A stretch of DNA of 62,019 bases, counting the filler, from Squatina squatina (Eukaryota), in NCBI GenBank assembly GCA_031763465.1. It is 4 parts of 4 records of this genome, joined end to end, with 100 filler letters (N's around TTAATTAATTAA, not from the genome) between each part and the next. Parts side by side here need not be neighbours in the genome. Positions count along the whole stretch, not along the records: positions 33,135 to 49,516 come from JARFOE010000219.1; positions 49,617 to 62,019 come from JARFOE010000001.1; 2 more parts are not named here. One strand, 5' to 3'. The position numbers and the translations under genes are program-made. Shown here piece by piece: positions 38,101 to 50,005 of the stretch (position 1 is the first letter of the stretch; each line of letters begins with the position of its first letter). Below the pieces are notes generated by a model that saw only the letters and a program-made list of their open reading frames with translations, did no database searches and was not told where the DNA came from.

Positions 38101-38689
38101 CTGTACAATAGATGTAATTATTGCTTTGTCTAATGTTAATATACAGATATTTCTATTACAATGCTTCTAGGAAAATTTAATGCCAATAGGAGTATGCAAA
38201 CAAAGCTGGTAGGCCGTGGAATATCCTGTACTAAAGTCAGTTTCTAGGTGGCATTTATTTTACAAAGGCCTGAGTGCCAGTTGCCCACTCACCCCAGTGA
38301 CTACAGGTGTCATGTGCTACGGGTAAATCCAATTACGGGAAAGGAGAAAAACTAATCTTCAAAAATAAGCTTTCAAACAATGCTTGAGATTACTATCTAC
38401 CGTGAATAGCTGTCAAAAACCAGTGCAACCAACACAGCTCACTCGCTTATACCCTTTATACAGTCGTCTGAAACCTGAGATATTTCCTATATTTGGCACA
38501 AACTAGTTCATGAAGCACCGTATAACCAGTTAGGGTGCTTGCCTGATCAGTTCAAGCCAGTTCCTACTTGCATCTCCATTCCTGTGTGGTCTGCTACAAA
38601 TTTCAGATGAAATTGGCTGCACTACAATGCCTCACTGGTTTCAACATGCTGCAGGTTTGAATCCTATAATGTTTTATAAGCATCTTTTA

Positions 38690-39347
38690 ACAGGGCATGG
38701 GTGCCGTTAAAATTGATCAATTCAACTTACCACCCCATTCCCTCTGTATCCGCTGGCTGCCATTTTCACTCCTGACTTAATTTAGGTGGCTGAGGTGCAC
38801 GCTGAAACAAATGCAAATTGGGGTCATATGATGTCATTTAGCTGGGTGGGGAACAGAAGCCCCACCCAACAGCCAATCCATAGAGTAAAACCTTGTGAGT
38901 TTGGCTTCAGGCATTGACTGACTGACTGACTGGATGCCCACAAACGGGCACAGAGAGATCTGTGTTGTGCTGTGCTTAGTGGATTTCCAAGTGACTTTAA
39001 CGCTTGCAGATCACTTGTTTCTGTGTTTTTTTGTTTTGCCTTACTCACGGCTTATCATGGGTGCCATTTTTGCTTCACTGTTTTGGATGGAGGAACAGTT
39101 GGAAGAAGAAGAAGAGCGGAAGCAGCCTCAATAACTTGGTTGAGCAACAGGCAAGCCTGTTAGAAGCTAGAAGGCCTTGGGCAGCCCATAGGCCGAGAGT
39201 CAGTTCCCTGGATATGACTGAAGAACACTGTATCAGGAGGCTGCACTTCACCAGGTAAGCTGTCACTGATCTAGGCAGCCTCCTGATACAGGACCTGCTG
39301 CCTGCTGGCACAGGTGGCCATGGTTTTGGCTGTCAAAGTCACCATGA
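38690..39347 (+). mobile_element. Harbinger transposon 5' part with degraded transposase start
   Basis: …HRPRVSSLDMTEEHCIRRLHFTR*AVTDLGSLLIQDLLPAG…AVKVT matches the HARBI1-like N-terminus. Confidence 0.75.
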
Positions 39348-41675
39348 ATTCACAGGACAGAACCAGCAGCTGAAATAATCAGAATAGGGTTTTCTTCTCA
39401 GTACAGGGACACAGTACAAATTGTACCTGGGTTTCGGAGCAAGTGAAAACATTTTCTAGGACATAAGGCTCGCCTATAAGAGTGGCCAGAAACACAGAAG
39501 CCAAAAATATCCAGAATAAAAGTTATAAGAAACCAAGAATGTAACAAATGGGATGTGACAAAAATAATGGAACTTATCATAGAATTGGCCACTGCAGCTT
39601 TCAAAACTTTTGAAATGACAATGAACAAGACCAATTTACAGGAATTTCACACCAGAGGCAACCAACTTTACCAAATACTACAGCTTTACAAAGATAGCAT
39701 TATTCACAAAAGCTCACAAGAGACCCAATTTTGAAAAATGTACTGCTTTTCAAAAAAAAACCAAATATAACAATCTATCCCATTTGTTGCATTATCTAGT
39801 TTTTATTCCAATTTTATCAAAAATCTGATTTTCACAAATGTGATTTCATATAAGTCATACTTTGCACAATCAGCTTTGTGTACATGAGATGATTTCCACT
39901 GTTCTTAACAATCATTCTTTTTCCAATACTGTGTGCATTCGAGTTCTTGTAGGTCGGAAGCCGAAGATGTAACAACATAATTGAATTTGATTAGATTATG
40001 GCCTCTGTAAGTGCTTTATAATGTTGTTGAATTGTCAGCTTTTATATGGGCTATTCTGAAGGTTCTGATGATGAGGCACATGCACCAAAATTGTACTTTA
40101 CTCGAATATAATTGCTGTGTGCAATTTCTGAACAAAATCTTTCCAAAGAAATGATACAAAAACGAAGTTTCAAAAAGACGCAGCACATCATCGCTGGGCA
40201 TTATTGTTACGATGATGGGAAAACTAACTAACTTTCATTGTAGAAGCTGCCCAGTTACAGACTGCACTTACCCATTCCCACCAAACCGCTATCCTTCTGA
40301 TGCAGTTTTATGCTTCCTTCCTCTTCCTTTGAAGCTGTAAATTGATCAAATAAATGTTGCACCCTTCAGTGAAAAGCCCAAATGGGCAGTGAAATTTGGC
40401 TGTAATTAAACAACAACCAGAGTATAGACACGCACATCAAAGCGGTTATTGCCCTTCAGGAATGGAGCTACCCACCTACGTTAAAGGTACTAAACACTTT
40501 TTCTGCACCTCAACAACCTTTATGCTTTGTAAGAGCACCCTAGTTTTGCATATGCACTCAGTGGAAAGTCAGCTTTTGGGAGCATTTAACAAAAGATTTT
40601 GTTTNNNNNNNNNNNNNNNNNNNNNNNNNNNNNNNNNNNNNNNNNNNNNNNNNNNNNNNNNNNNNNNNNNNNNNNNNNNNNNNNNNNNNNNNNNNNNNNN
40701 NNNNCCAATTGGCCAAGGTATCAGAGGGTGACTGCCACCTGTGGAACTGTACATCAACAACAGCCAATGCTTCTGGAGATGGCAGGTGAGGGTGCGGGGG
40801 CGGTGTCAGGGCGTTGGCAGGAAAGATTTGGAGTGAGAATACACAAATAGAGCTCCTGGGCAAATTCTTGATCCAATCAAACTTGCATATGTATCTGTAA
40901 CACGCTGCTGCTTCGAATGGGATGTTCCTTTTGTTAATAATGTCAGTCCCATTTTTCACATTGAATTAAACCCAGTCATAGTATATTGGTCTGCAATAAT
41001 TAAACACATCAATTAAGCTACTTATTTGGGGACAACCTGACTGAAGTAGGCCATTTTTAAAAAAATTTTTCCAGTGGTAAACGTCCATGCTATAAGTTAC
41101 ATTTGAAGTGGGGTTTAATTACCTTCAGCATTGCGTAACCAATGATTTATCAAAAAGAAAACGCATGTAACTTCTGCTAAAAATGAACCCGTTATGATTT
41201 ATAGAACCACTGGAAGTCAATGACATTTACAGGATGCTGCCTTACGGTAACTTTTACAGTGTATGATTTAAAAACAATGTATATTTTTTCCTTAATCTAC
41301 CAGCAACAATTGCAATATATTATCAAAGTTTAAAGGAACTGTACCTTATTGTTGTCGGCAGTGGCAATATATCAGTAGGAATTGCATTTTATCCAATATT
41401 TTATGTATTTCCTGGCTCAAAGAGAGCTGTCCTTTTAGACACCTCTAGTATTTTTAAAAATTGTGTGCAGGACATGCACTTCTTGTCCACAAACTGTAAT
41501 TCTGTTATCACCATGACTGGGTATTTTTTAAATGTTCACTTTAGCCACTGCAATTACTGTGGCAACCATTCAATTGTACTCAGTCAACTGCCTGATATAT
41601 CTGCAGGCTCTTGCCACTTGTAGAGTGGGTTTCTAAAGTCTCTCGTCCAACTCTTTCACCAGCTGGAGAATTTAC

Positions 41676-41841
41676 CTTCCATACTTTATGGAGTAGACTT
41701 CCTGCACGGTTTCCCGGATTTCTCGCTGCAGCTTTGGCAGATGATCAGTGCAATCCCTGGAGAAAGTACATAAATAGCTGTTCCCATGCAATTTCTCTGG
41801 GGTTCCACCATTCTGAGAGAACTGACGAGAAAATTTCAGGC
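41676..41841 (-). other. Candidate exon of an unidentified gene
   Basis: Strong acceptor ttctgttttcttatttaccttcttag| and donor AG|gtaaat; one frame fully open (GLKFSRQFSQNG…YSIKYGR); product not recognised. Confidence 0.35.
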
Positions 41842-41962
41842 CTAAGAAGGTAAATAAGAAAACAGAACACTCCAGAGAATGAGACTGCCTTGCAATATAA
41901 GCTTCTCTATTTTTTAAGAAGTTTTACTTAAGATGGGAACAGGATTTTCTTTTTATTCTTGG

Positions 41963-42394
41963 TATGTCCCAAATCACTTTGCAGCCAATGAAGTACTTTT
42001 GAAGCATAGTGACTGTTGTAATGTATGGAAATACAGCAGCCAATTTATGCACAACAAAGTCCCACAAACAACAATGTGGTAAATGACCAAATAATCTGTT
42101 TTTAGTGATATTGGTTGAGAGATAAATATTAGCCAAGACACTAGGAGAACTCCCCTGCTCATGAATAGTGTCACGGGATCTTTTACGTTCATCTAAGGGA
42201 AGAGATGGGGCCTCAGTTTAATGTGCCAACCAATAGACGGCACCTCCGACAGTGCAGCACCCCAACACAGCAGACTAGAAAGTCTGTTACTAGTGTCAGC
42301 CTAGATTATGTGCTCAAATCTCTGAATTGAAGCTTGAACTCACAACCCACAACCCTCTGATTCAGAGGCGAGAGTGCTACGAGTGAGCCACGGC
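41963..42394 (-). mobile_element. Near full-length Deu-SINE with tRNA-derived head
   Basis: Minus strand has A-box-like tggctcactcgtag, B-box-like gttcaagc, Deu core and tail. Confidence 0.85.
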
Positions 42395-43368
42395 AAAGAC
42401 CTAGAAAGAGAAGTCCTAGGACCTCATTTAATTCACATTTAAATTCAGCTGGTTACANNNNNNNNNNNNNNNNNNNNNNNNNNNNNNNNNNNNNNNNNNN
42501 NNNNNNNNNNNNNNNNNNNNNNNNNNNNNNNNNNNNNNNNNNNNNNNNNNNNNNNNNNNNNNNNNNNNNNNNNNNNNNNNNNNNNNNNNNNNNNNNNNNN
42601 NNNNNNNNNNNNNNNNNNNNNNNNNNNNNNNNNNNNNNNNNNNNNNNNNNNNNNNNNNNNNNNNNNNNNNNNNNNNNNNNNNNNNNNNNNNNNNNNNNNN
42701 NNNNNNNNNNNNNNNNNNNNNNNNNNNNNNNNNNNNNNNNNNNNNNNNNNNNNNNNNNNNNNNNNNNNNNNNNNNNNNNNNNNNNNNNNNNNNNNNNNNN
42801 NNNNNNNNNNNNNNNNNNNNNNNNNNNNNNNNNNNNNNNNNNNNNNNNNNNNNNNNNNNNNNNNNNNNNNNNNNNNNNNNNNNNNNNNNNNNNACTTGCT
42901 TTTCTATTTCTAAAAGAAAAGTTACTGAAATTTCTAACTGCATCTCCATTCATTTGATGGATATTCATAATTGCATTATCCAGTAAATTTATGAACCACC
43001 TCAATTCCTTTATCTGGTCCTGACATTATGCAATTTATGAGGGTGTAACATCGCACACGATTTTTATATCTCTTGATTACATCAATTACATTGAAGTAAT
43101 AATGCAGTTGGTATAAAGAGAGATCAAATGCATCATTTGCACTCTGAAATTTATGCCCTTTGGGCAAAGCTGCTTTATGATGCAGAGCTTCAATTTCAAA
43201 ACTTATTTAATGTTTTTTGGTCCAGGATTAATTGAGGGAAAAAACAATTTTCAGTGGATCATCGCCACTGTTTAATAACTCAGACTTATTTTAATTATAA
43301 AGACCTGTTATGCAGCATTTGTGGTGAGACAATTTAAGGATCGTTTGCACCTCCTTGACATTACCTTG

Positions 43369-43808
43369 AGCTGGACGGGTTACACCCAGGCAGGACCGGG
43401 ACTGATATCCTCGGAGGTTTGCTAGTGCTGTCGGGGAGGGCTTAAACTAGAATGGCAGGGGGATGGGAACCTGAGCAAGGAGACAGAGGAGTGGGAAACA
43501 AGGATAGAAATGAAAGACAGAAAAGGAGACAGCAAAAGTGGAAGGCAGGGGAAAACAAGGGTGAGAAGCAAATAGGGGCAAAGTACAAAAAAAAGTTAAG
43601 ATGATTAAAACTGTTAAAAAGACAAGTCCAAAGGCATTGTATCTTAATGCACGAAGCTTTCGCAATAAGGTAGATGAATTAACAATGCAAATAGAGGTAA
43701 ACGGTTATGATATAGCTGCGATTACGGAGACATGGCTGCAGGGTGACCAAGGCTGGGGACTGAACATCCAAGGGTATTCGATATTCAGGAAGGAAAGGCA
43801 AAAAGGGA
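43369..43808 (+). mobile_element. CR1 LINE ORF1 end (esterase) and ORF2 endonuclease start
   Basis: LDGLHPGRTGTDIL…FASAVGEGLN* (frameshifted), then LYLNARSFRNKVDEL…YDIAAITETWLQ (APE domain). Confidence 0.9.
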
Positions 43809-43908
43809 NNNNNNNNNNNNNNNNNNNNNNNNNNNNNNNNNNNNNNNNNNNNNNNNNNNNNNNNNNNNNNNNNNNNNNNNNNNNNNNNNNNNNNNNNNNN
43901 NNNNNNNN

Positions 43909-44263
43909 TTAAAAATAAATTACCATGTTTTACATGTGTTTTAATGTTTAAATGAATAAAAAAAATGATTTTTATGTCTTTTAAAAGTCTTACACTGGTA
44001 AAAGCAGGCCTTATGCCTGCTTTTATCAGGCGTAAGAATTTCACGGGCTTTTACTGGGCAGAAGTTGGGTAAATAGCCCCAAATTTCTGCCCGCAGATTC
44101 CCTTTTCCCAGGTTTGCATGCAATCTGTCAAGAAGATTTTTGACAGATTGCAAGTTCCGGCTTTTAGCGCATGCGCAGAGCATACCTAAACCCGGACCTT
44201 GCATGGCCCCTATGGGCGAGTGCAAACCTCGTACGTACCCTTAGGGAGTGCAAATTATGGCCC
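43909..44263 (+). mobile_element. End of a Harbinger-type non-autonomous element
   Basis: Homologous to 6649-6851; ends gcaaattatggccc. Confidence 0.55.
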
Positions 44264-44529
44264 ANNNNNNNNNNAAAATAGTGTGTTGGGATGGGGCAGT
44301 AATGATATGCCAGAGTGGCAGCATGTTTGTGTTTGGCCACATAGTGAATGGTTGATCTCCTAGAGCAGATGTCAAACAGTTCTCCACATGAAGAACAGGA
44401 AAACCAGGAGAATGACTGCAAGAAACCTTTTCTCACTTTCTTATAGATACTTTCAGTTTGTCAAGAGAAAGGATCTGGGAAAGGGAAAAGATCTGGGAAC
44501 AAAACCTCTGTCCACATTCTTTTCTAAAG

Positions 44530-44825
44530 TGTAGGGAGTCCCTGGATTAGGATTGGGAAACTGTATTGGCTGGGGTTTCTGCTCTCTATCCANNNNNNNN
44601 NNATTGCACATGTGCAGACGTCGAGAGGAGACAGAATCAGGCTCGGTTACAAAGCTTTCACAGTCAAATAGCCCACTCACACTCATGGTCCAGGCCTCCG
44701 ATATAAAGCATTGCCTGTCAGATATGATAACAAATTAGAACTGCTGTCGCGGAACCTTATCCAATCACCAAAAAAGTCACTGTCTTTCTGAGAGGAGCAA
44801 AGGGAGAAAATTGGAGAGAGGAAAA
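44530..44825 (+). mobile_element. Ancient SINE, AmnSINE2-like (degraded)
   Basis: Similar to 9545-9915. Confidence 0.45.
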
Positions 44826-46714
44826 GAATTTACAAAATAAAATATAGGAATGTTATTTTATTTGCAGCTGTTGTGCAATCATCAAACGGTGAAATAGGTT
44901 AAAAGACACCCAAAGCAGATTGCCTAGTACAGCAATCCACTTTAGATCTTTCAGTCACAAATCTGACCAAAAACAATGACTTGTGAACTGCTACAACTTG
45001 TTAAAAACAGGAAAAGAAATTGTAACGGTGTAACGACATCCTGAAGAGGAGTTCCACTTCCTCTCCGCAATTTGGAATTTAAGTGTTATTGCACCACTTT
45101 ACTGAAGGCCCCCCAACTACTGCTCATATCACAGTGTGGCAACTATCTTTATCTTTGTTTGTTTTCTACACAAAATACCTGGAGAGTGGCTAATGACTAA
45201 ACCTTACCAGTTCCCACACTCAGCTGCAAAATACCTAAAAATACTAAAAAGGTGACAGGTCCTTAGCCAAGATGAACACTTGTAAAGCATCACATCACAT
45301 AGTTCTGATAATTGGAAAACAACCTGTTCCCAGTGAGAACCCGGAAAGTCTAGCAGCCGACCAACAAATCAATCTACTAGAGTAAAACCTCAGCAAGCGC
45401 GCTCTGACACAAGAACATTGCTCTCTCCGACAACCGAACAATGGTTGATACCAAAATATTTTAGTTAGGTAATAAAAGAGTACATAGTATTTGTTTTATT
45501 CATTCTTGCCCAGAACGGATATTGGAGACGTCATTCAGCATATAGTTTGGAACTGCAGGTGATAGTGAGTAAATATTGTGAGTGATCTAAAGTGGACAAA
45601 GGGAAGTCATACAAACATGCATCAAGCATCTGCTATTTTCACCAATAGCAATTTCTAGGCTATTATTAGCTTTAAGTTATTTTTAAATTCTCATAATTTT
45701 CAATGTCAATCCTACACATATATTATTTTAGGATGAAAGTATAAAAATTAATCTGAATACTTAAAGAGACCGGATGTTTTTTAAAAATTGTTCAAAAGCA
45801 TTAGCGTTGAAAAATCTGAAACAGATGTTCACTTAAAAAAAATAATTTTTATTTTGAAGAACAAAAACTGAGTCCAATTATGGCTAAACTTGCAAGTAAT
45901 TAAGATTAATCCAATGCAAAGCCATCAACTAATTTCACTGTGATTTACATCAAGCCTTAAAGGCACAATTTATTTGCTTGCTCGGTCTATGTGACCCTAG
46001 GGTGCAATTTCTCTTATCAGCCTGCCCAGTTTCCTAAAGCCTTAGGAAACTCAAAGATCAGAGCAATCTGAAAACATGATACTGTTTACTCATCAAAGTA
46101 CTAATGACAAAGCCAGACTCATCCCTACCTCTTGAATCAAATCCATCCAAAATGCAATCTAACTGACAAACTAAGCTTAGCTGTTTTTGCAGTGCCTGGA
46201 CAAAGCCAAGGAGATAGGTTTGTTAAACAAACTAGGTGGAACACTTTAGTTAACTTANNNNNNNNNNNNNNNNNNNNNNNNNNNNNNNNNNNNNNNNNNN
46301 NNNNNNNNNNNNNNNNNNNNNNNNNNNNNNNNNNNNNNNNNNNNNNNNNNNNNNNNNNNNNNNNNNNNNNNNNNNNNNNNNNNNNNNNNNNNNNNNNNNN
46401 NNNNNNNNNNNNNNNNNNNNNNNNNNNNNNNNNNNNNNNNNNNNNNNNNNNNNNNNNNNNNNNNNNNNNNNNNNNNNNNNNNNNNNNNNNNNNNNNNNNN
46501 NNNNNNNNNNNNNNNNNNNNNNNNNNNNNNNNNNNNNNNNNNNNNNNNNNNNNNNNNNNNNNNNNNNNNNNNNNNNNNNNNNNNNNNNNNNNNNNNNNNN
46601 NNNNNNNNNNNNNNNNNNNNNNNNNNNNNNNNNNNNNNNNNNNNNNNNNNNNNNNNNNNNNNNNNNNNNNNNNNNNNNNNNNNNNNNNNNNNNNNNNNNN
46701 NNNNNNAGTTAATT

Positions 46715-46955
46715 AAATAAATCTGGAATAAAAAGCTTGTGGCAGTAATGGTGAACCTGATTGTCGTAAAAATCCACTAATGTCCTTTAGGGAAGGGAGT
46801 CTTACCCGGTCCGGCCTATATGTGACTCCAGACCCGCAGCAATGTGCCTGACTCTTAACTGCCTTCTGAAATGGTCCAGCAAACCTTCTCAAATTAGGGA
46901 TGGGCAATGAATGCTGGCCTTGCCAGCGACGCTCACATCCCGAGAATGAATACAT
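46715..46955 (+). mobile_element. Shark SINE 3' half sharing the LINE tail at 25530-25590
   Basis: 'cactaatgtcctttagggaagg…tgtgactccagaccc…gggatgggcaatgaatgctggccttgccagcgacgctcacatcccgagaatgaat'. Confidence 0.7.
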
Positions 46956-47320
46956 TTAAGAAAAAACTTGCAGGCTGGTGGCTGTTGAACTGAAGCCCAG
47001 AATGAGCCAGCGCTTTTAGGAGAGACAAGGGAAGGGATCGAATTTGACAAGACATTTTTAAAATAAAACAATTCCAACCATTAGGTTGTGACTCACATGC
47101 TTTCCAGAAACCAAACAGGTGTACGTCAGTGGGCAAAAGGTCAGAGAACAATTATTTGTATAACTGTGTAAAATGATGTAATCTGGAACTGTGGTTTAAA
47201 ATAAGTTATTTGGGGCAGTTTGGTAATGGTCAAAGGCAACAGCTCATCCCACAATTGGCCACATATGAACTTCCAATATTTTTGCTTCATCTAAAACACT
47301 CAATTTATCCCATTCTGATT

Positions 47321-47380
47321 CATAGAATCATAGAATAGTACAGCACAGAAGGAGGCCATTCAGCCCATCGAGTCTGCGCC
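47321..47380 (-). mobile_element. CR1 3' terminus
   Basis: catagaatcatagaat… is the reverse complement of the (attctatg)n tail. Confidence 0.75.
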
Positions 47381-47479
47381 AAAGGGACATCTTCAGTTGA
47401 AATAAGTAGTTTCAGTTTTTCTATGACCACATCTGGTCCAACACCAAGCTTGTTTACTTTCACCTACAGAGCATTGCTC

Positions 47480-47965
47480 ACCTATGGCCCTCCCTCATCC
47501 ACTCCACTGCTAAAACTTTTATCCATACTTTCATCAACTCAAGGTTTGATTTCTCCAATGTTTTCCTCACCGGCCACCTCAACTCCCCCCTACACAACTC
47601 CAATTCATCCTGAATGCTGCAGCTCACATCTGTCCTGCACACCCATCACTTATGTCCTCACCAATGCATCAACTTTAAAAACCGCATCTTCATCTTCAGT
47701 TTCCTCTGTGGTCTTGCTTCACCCTACCTCTACAATCTTTTCCTCCATTGTAGCTCACATTCACCTCAATTCAACTGTGGACACACCCCTTTCTTGCCAC
47801 CAGCCCTCCACTGGAATTCTTTTTCTAAACCTTTTCATCTTGTTTCCTCCCTCCCCTTCTTCTAAAGTCTTTTCAAAACTTACTTCTTTAACCATGCCTC
47901 CCTTAGCTACTTCTTCCTTCTTGCTCAGTGTCTACCACTCTCCCTATAAACGGCCTTGAGACTTT
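47480..47965 (+). mobile_element. Degraded L2 3' fragment
   Basis: Decayed homolog of 12660-13040. Confidence 0.55.
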
Positions 47966-49516
47966 TTCACAAACAAGTCTGGGTGTGTCCAGTTATGACC
48001 TCGTGGTTTTCCTGATTTGCAAAATAGGATCAGGAAAGAAAATTGTCTGCTACACAGCTCACAGCAAACTCTGCCAAGCTTAGGAAAACCTATGTTATAG
48101 GAAGTTCTTTTNNNNNNNNNNNNNNNNNNNNNNNNNNNNNNNNNNNNNNNNNNNNNNNNNNNNNNNNNNNNNNNNNNNNNNNNNNNNNNNNNNNNNNNNN
48201 NNNNNNNNNNNACGTGCGCTGTCCCAGTGAAGAAGGCACTGCAAATGCACAGTCCTGGTGAAGAATGAATTGTGCACTGCAGTCCCAGACCTCATTGGAA
48301 ACAGAATTTCCTCTAAAGCTTTGTTTCCCATGACAGTGTTATTAAATGGGAACTCCAAAATCACAGTCTGTGAATTTAGGCTGCATGAGAAATTTGACAC
48401 CTGTGTGTAAAAAAAGGTCTCTTTAAAAAAAATACACCACAGTACACAACAACGGTGTACTGTCTTTCAAATATAAGGCATTTAAAATTACTATTCCACA
48501 GTTAATCACACAAAGGAAATGACATAATGAGGGAAGTTTCTTAGACAAACTTGGCTTTCTTTGAAGCTCAGTCTGACCTCTTTGCTACACCATGTTACAC
48601 AAAATGATTAGGTCTGCTACAAGGTAGTCAAAGAATCTGGGATCAGATCTTGCATGCCACTGGGAGGAAGCACTCAACCCTTAGTAACAAGAAACTTAAT
48701 GACAGATGTCAGCTTATTTTTCACATTAGGACCGATATATGTTATTTAAAGGATTTACAATTTCACTTACCTTGGTAATGAATATTGTAAATGCCTGCTC
48801 AAAACTTCTACCAGATCAGGTGGGAAAAGACCAATTGAAAGGAAAAGTTTTTTTTTAAAAGACTGAGATGATAGCAACCTAAATTATTATTAAGGCGTTG
48901 CCTATTTTTATGGGCTGCATTTCAAAAAAATTACGCAACTGCTTACAGAAACATAATCACAATTTTTCCTTAAATTGATAGTGACAACCCATATGTATTG
49001 CTATTGTAAACCAATTTTAGCAAGGCACTTTTTCATCCTCCCTTTCAAAAGCTCTATGTTCATTTCCTGTTACTGATGCGAAGTCCAAAATGAAAACCCT
49101 AAAAAACAAATCAAACGCAGGAAATGAAAGGCACCTATCCAGCAGGAGAGCAGGGTGGGAGGGGAAATTCTGGGATGATTAGACCTTATCACCTCGCAGC
49201 CAGAACACAAAGCTTGATTTAACCTCTACTCGGACAAATGCCTAACAACTAATCCTACATTTCAGGGATGGTCATACAAAAAACATATGGCCTAAACAGA
49301 AGGACTAATTTTAGATTTGCAAGGAGTACTGAAAGGCTGAGTAGATTAGACAAAACCTTTTTTGTCACAATAGTTGACTGACATTAGCCAGTTAATTGGA
49401 AAGACTGAGGGAGAGATTCACATTATCAGTAGTCTGGAAGTTATAAGTGTCCTCAAGTCCAACCGCAGTAATGTTTATAGTTTTGTAACGGTTATGACTA
49501 TGCTCCCTTAAGCATT

Positions 49517-49616
49517 NNNNNNNNNNNNNNNNNNNNNNNNNNNNNNNNNNNNNNNNNNNNTTAATTAATTAANNNNNNNNNNNNNNNNNNNNNNNNNNNN
49601 NNNNNNNNNNNNNNNN
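49517..49616. other. Artificial scaffold linker (44N + TTAATTAATTAA + 44N)
   Basis: Spacer at 49561-49572. Confidence 0.95.
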
Positions 49617-49754
49617 ATGCCTGTCTTCTGAAATGCTGTCTTCTAAATCGTCCTATAGAACTGCTATGATAGTGTAGTGGCTAGCTTAAGGAAAAGTGAT
49701 GATTGTATTGACCAAATATGGCTGATGCTGGATGTTTATTTGTCCAACTCCCAC

Positions 49755-50005
49755 TCCGTGGCCGTGCCTTCAGCTGCTTAGGACCTAAGCTCTGGAAATC
49801 CCTCCCTAACCCTCTCTACCTCTCTTTCCTTCTTTAAGATGCTCCTTAAAACCTACCTCTTTGCCCAAGCTTTTAGTTGTTTGTCCGAATACCTCCTTAT
49901 GCGGTTTGGTGCCAAAATTTTGTCTGTTAACCACTCCTGTGAAGTGCATTGGGACGTTTTACTACATTAATGGTGCTACATAAATGCAAGTTGTTGACGT
50001 TGTTG
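49755..50005 (+). mobile_element. L2 3' end
   Basis: 'gccttcagctgc…ctctggaaatccctccctaa…ctccttaaaacctacctcttt…taaatgcaagttgttg'; further partial copies at 50225-50357 and 51870-51996. Confidence 0.8.

Noticed and set aside
42310-42394. tRNA gene
   Set aside because: Degenerate A/B boxes form the head of a Deu-SINE; no full cloverleaf.
42428-43004. Long ORFs spanning N runs (also 46132-46716 and many others)
   Set aside because: Length is an artefact of X codons.
47423-47959. 178-aa Ser/Thr/Pro-rich ORF
   Set aside because: Falls in a pyrimidine-rich decayed L2; no domain recognised.
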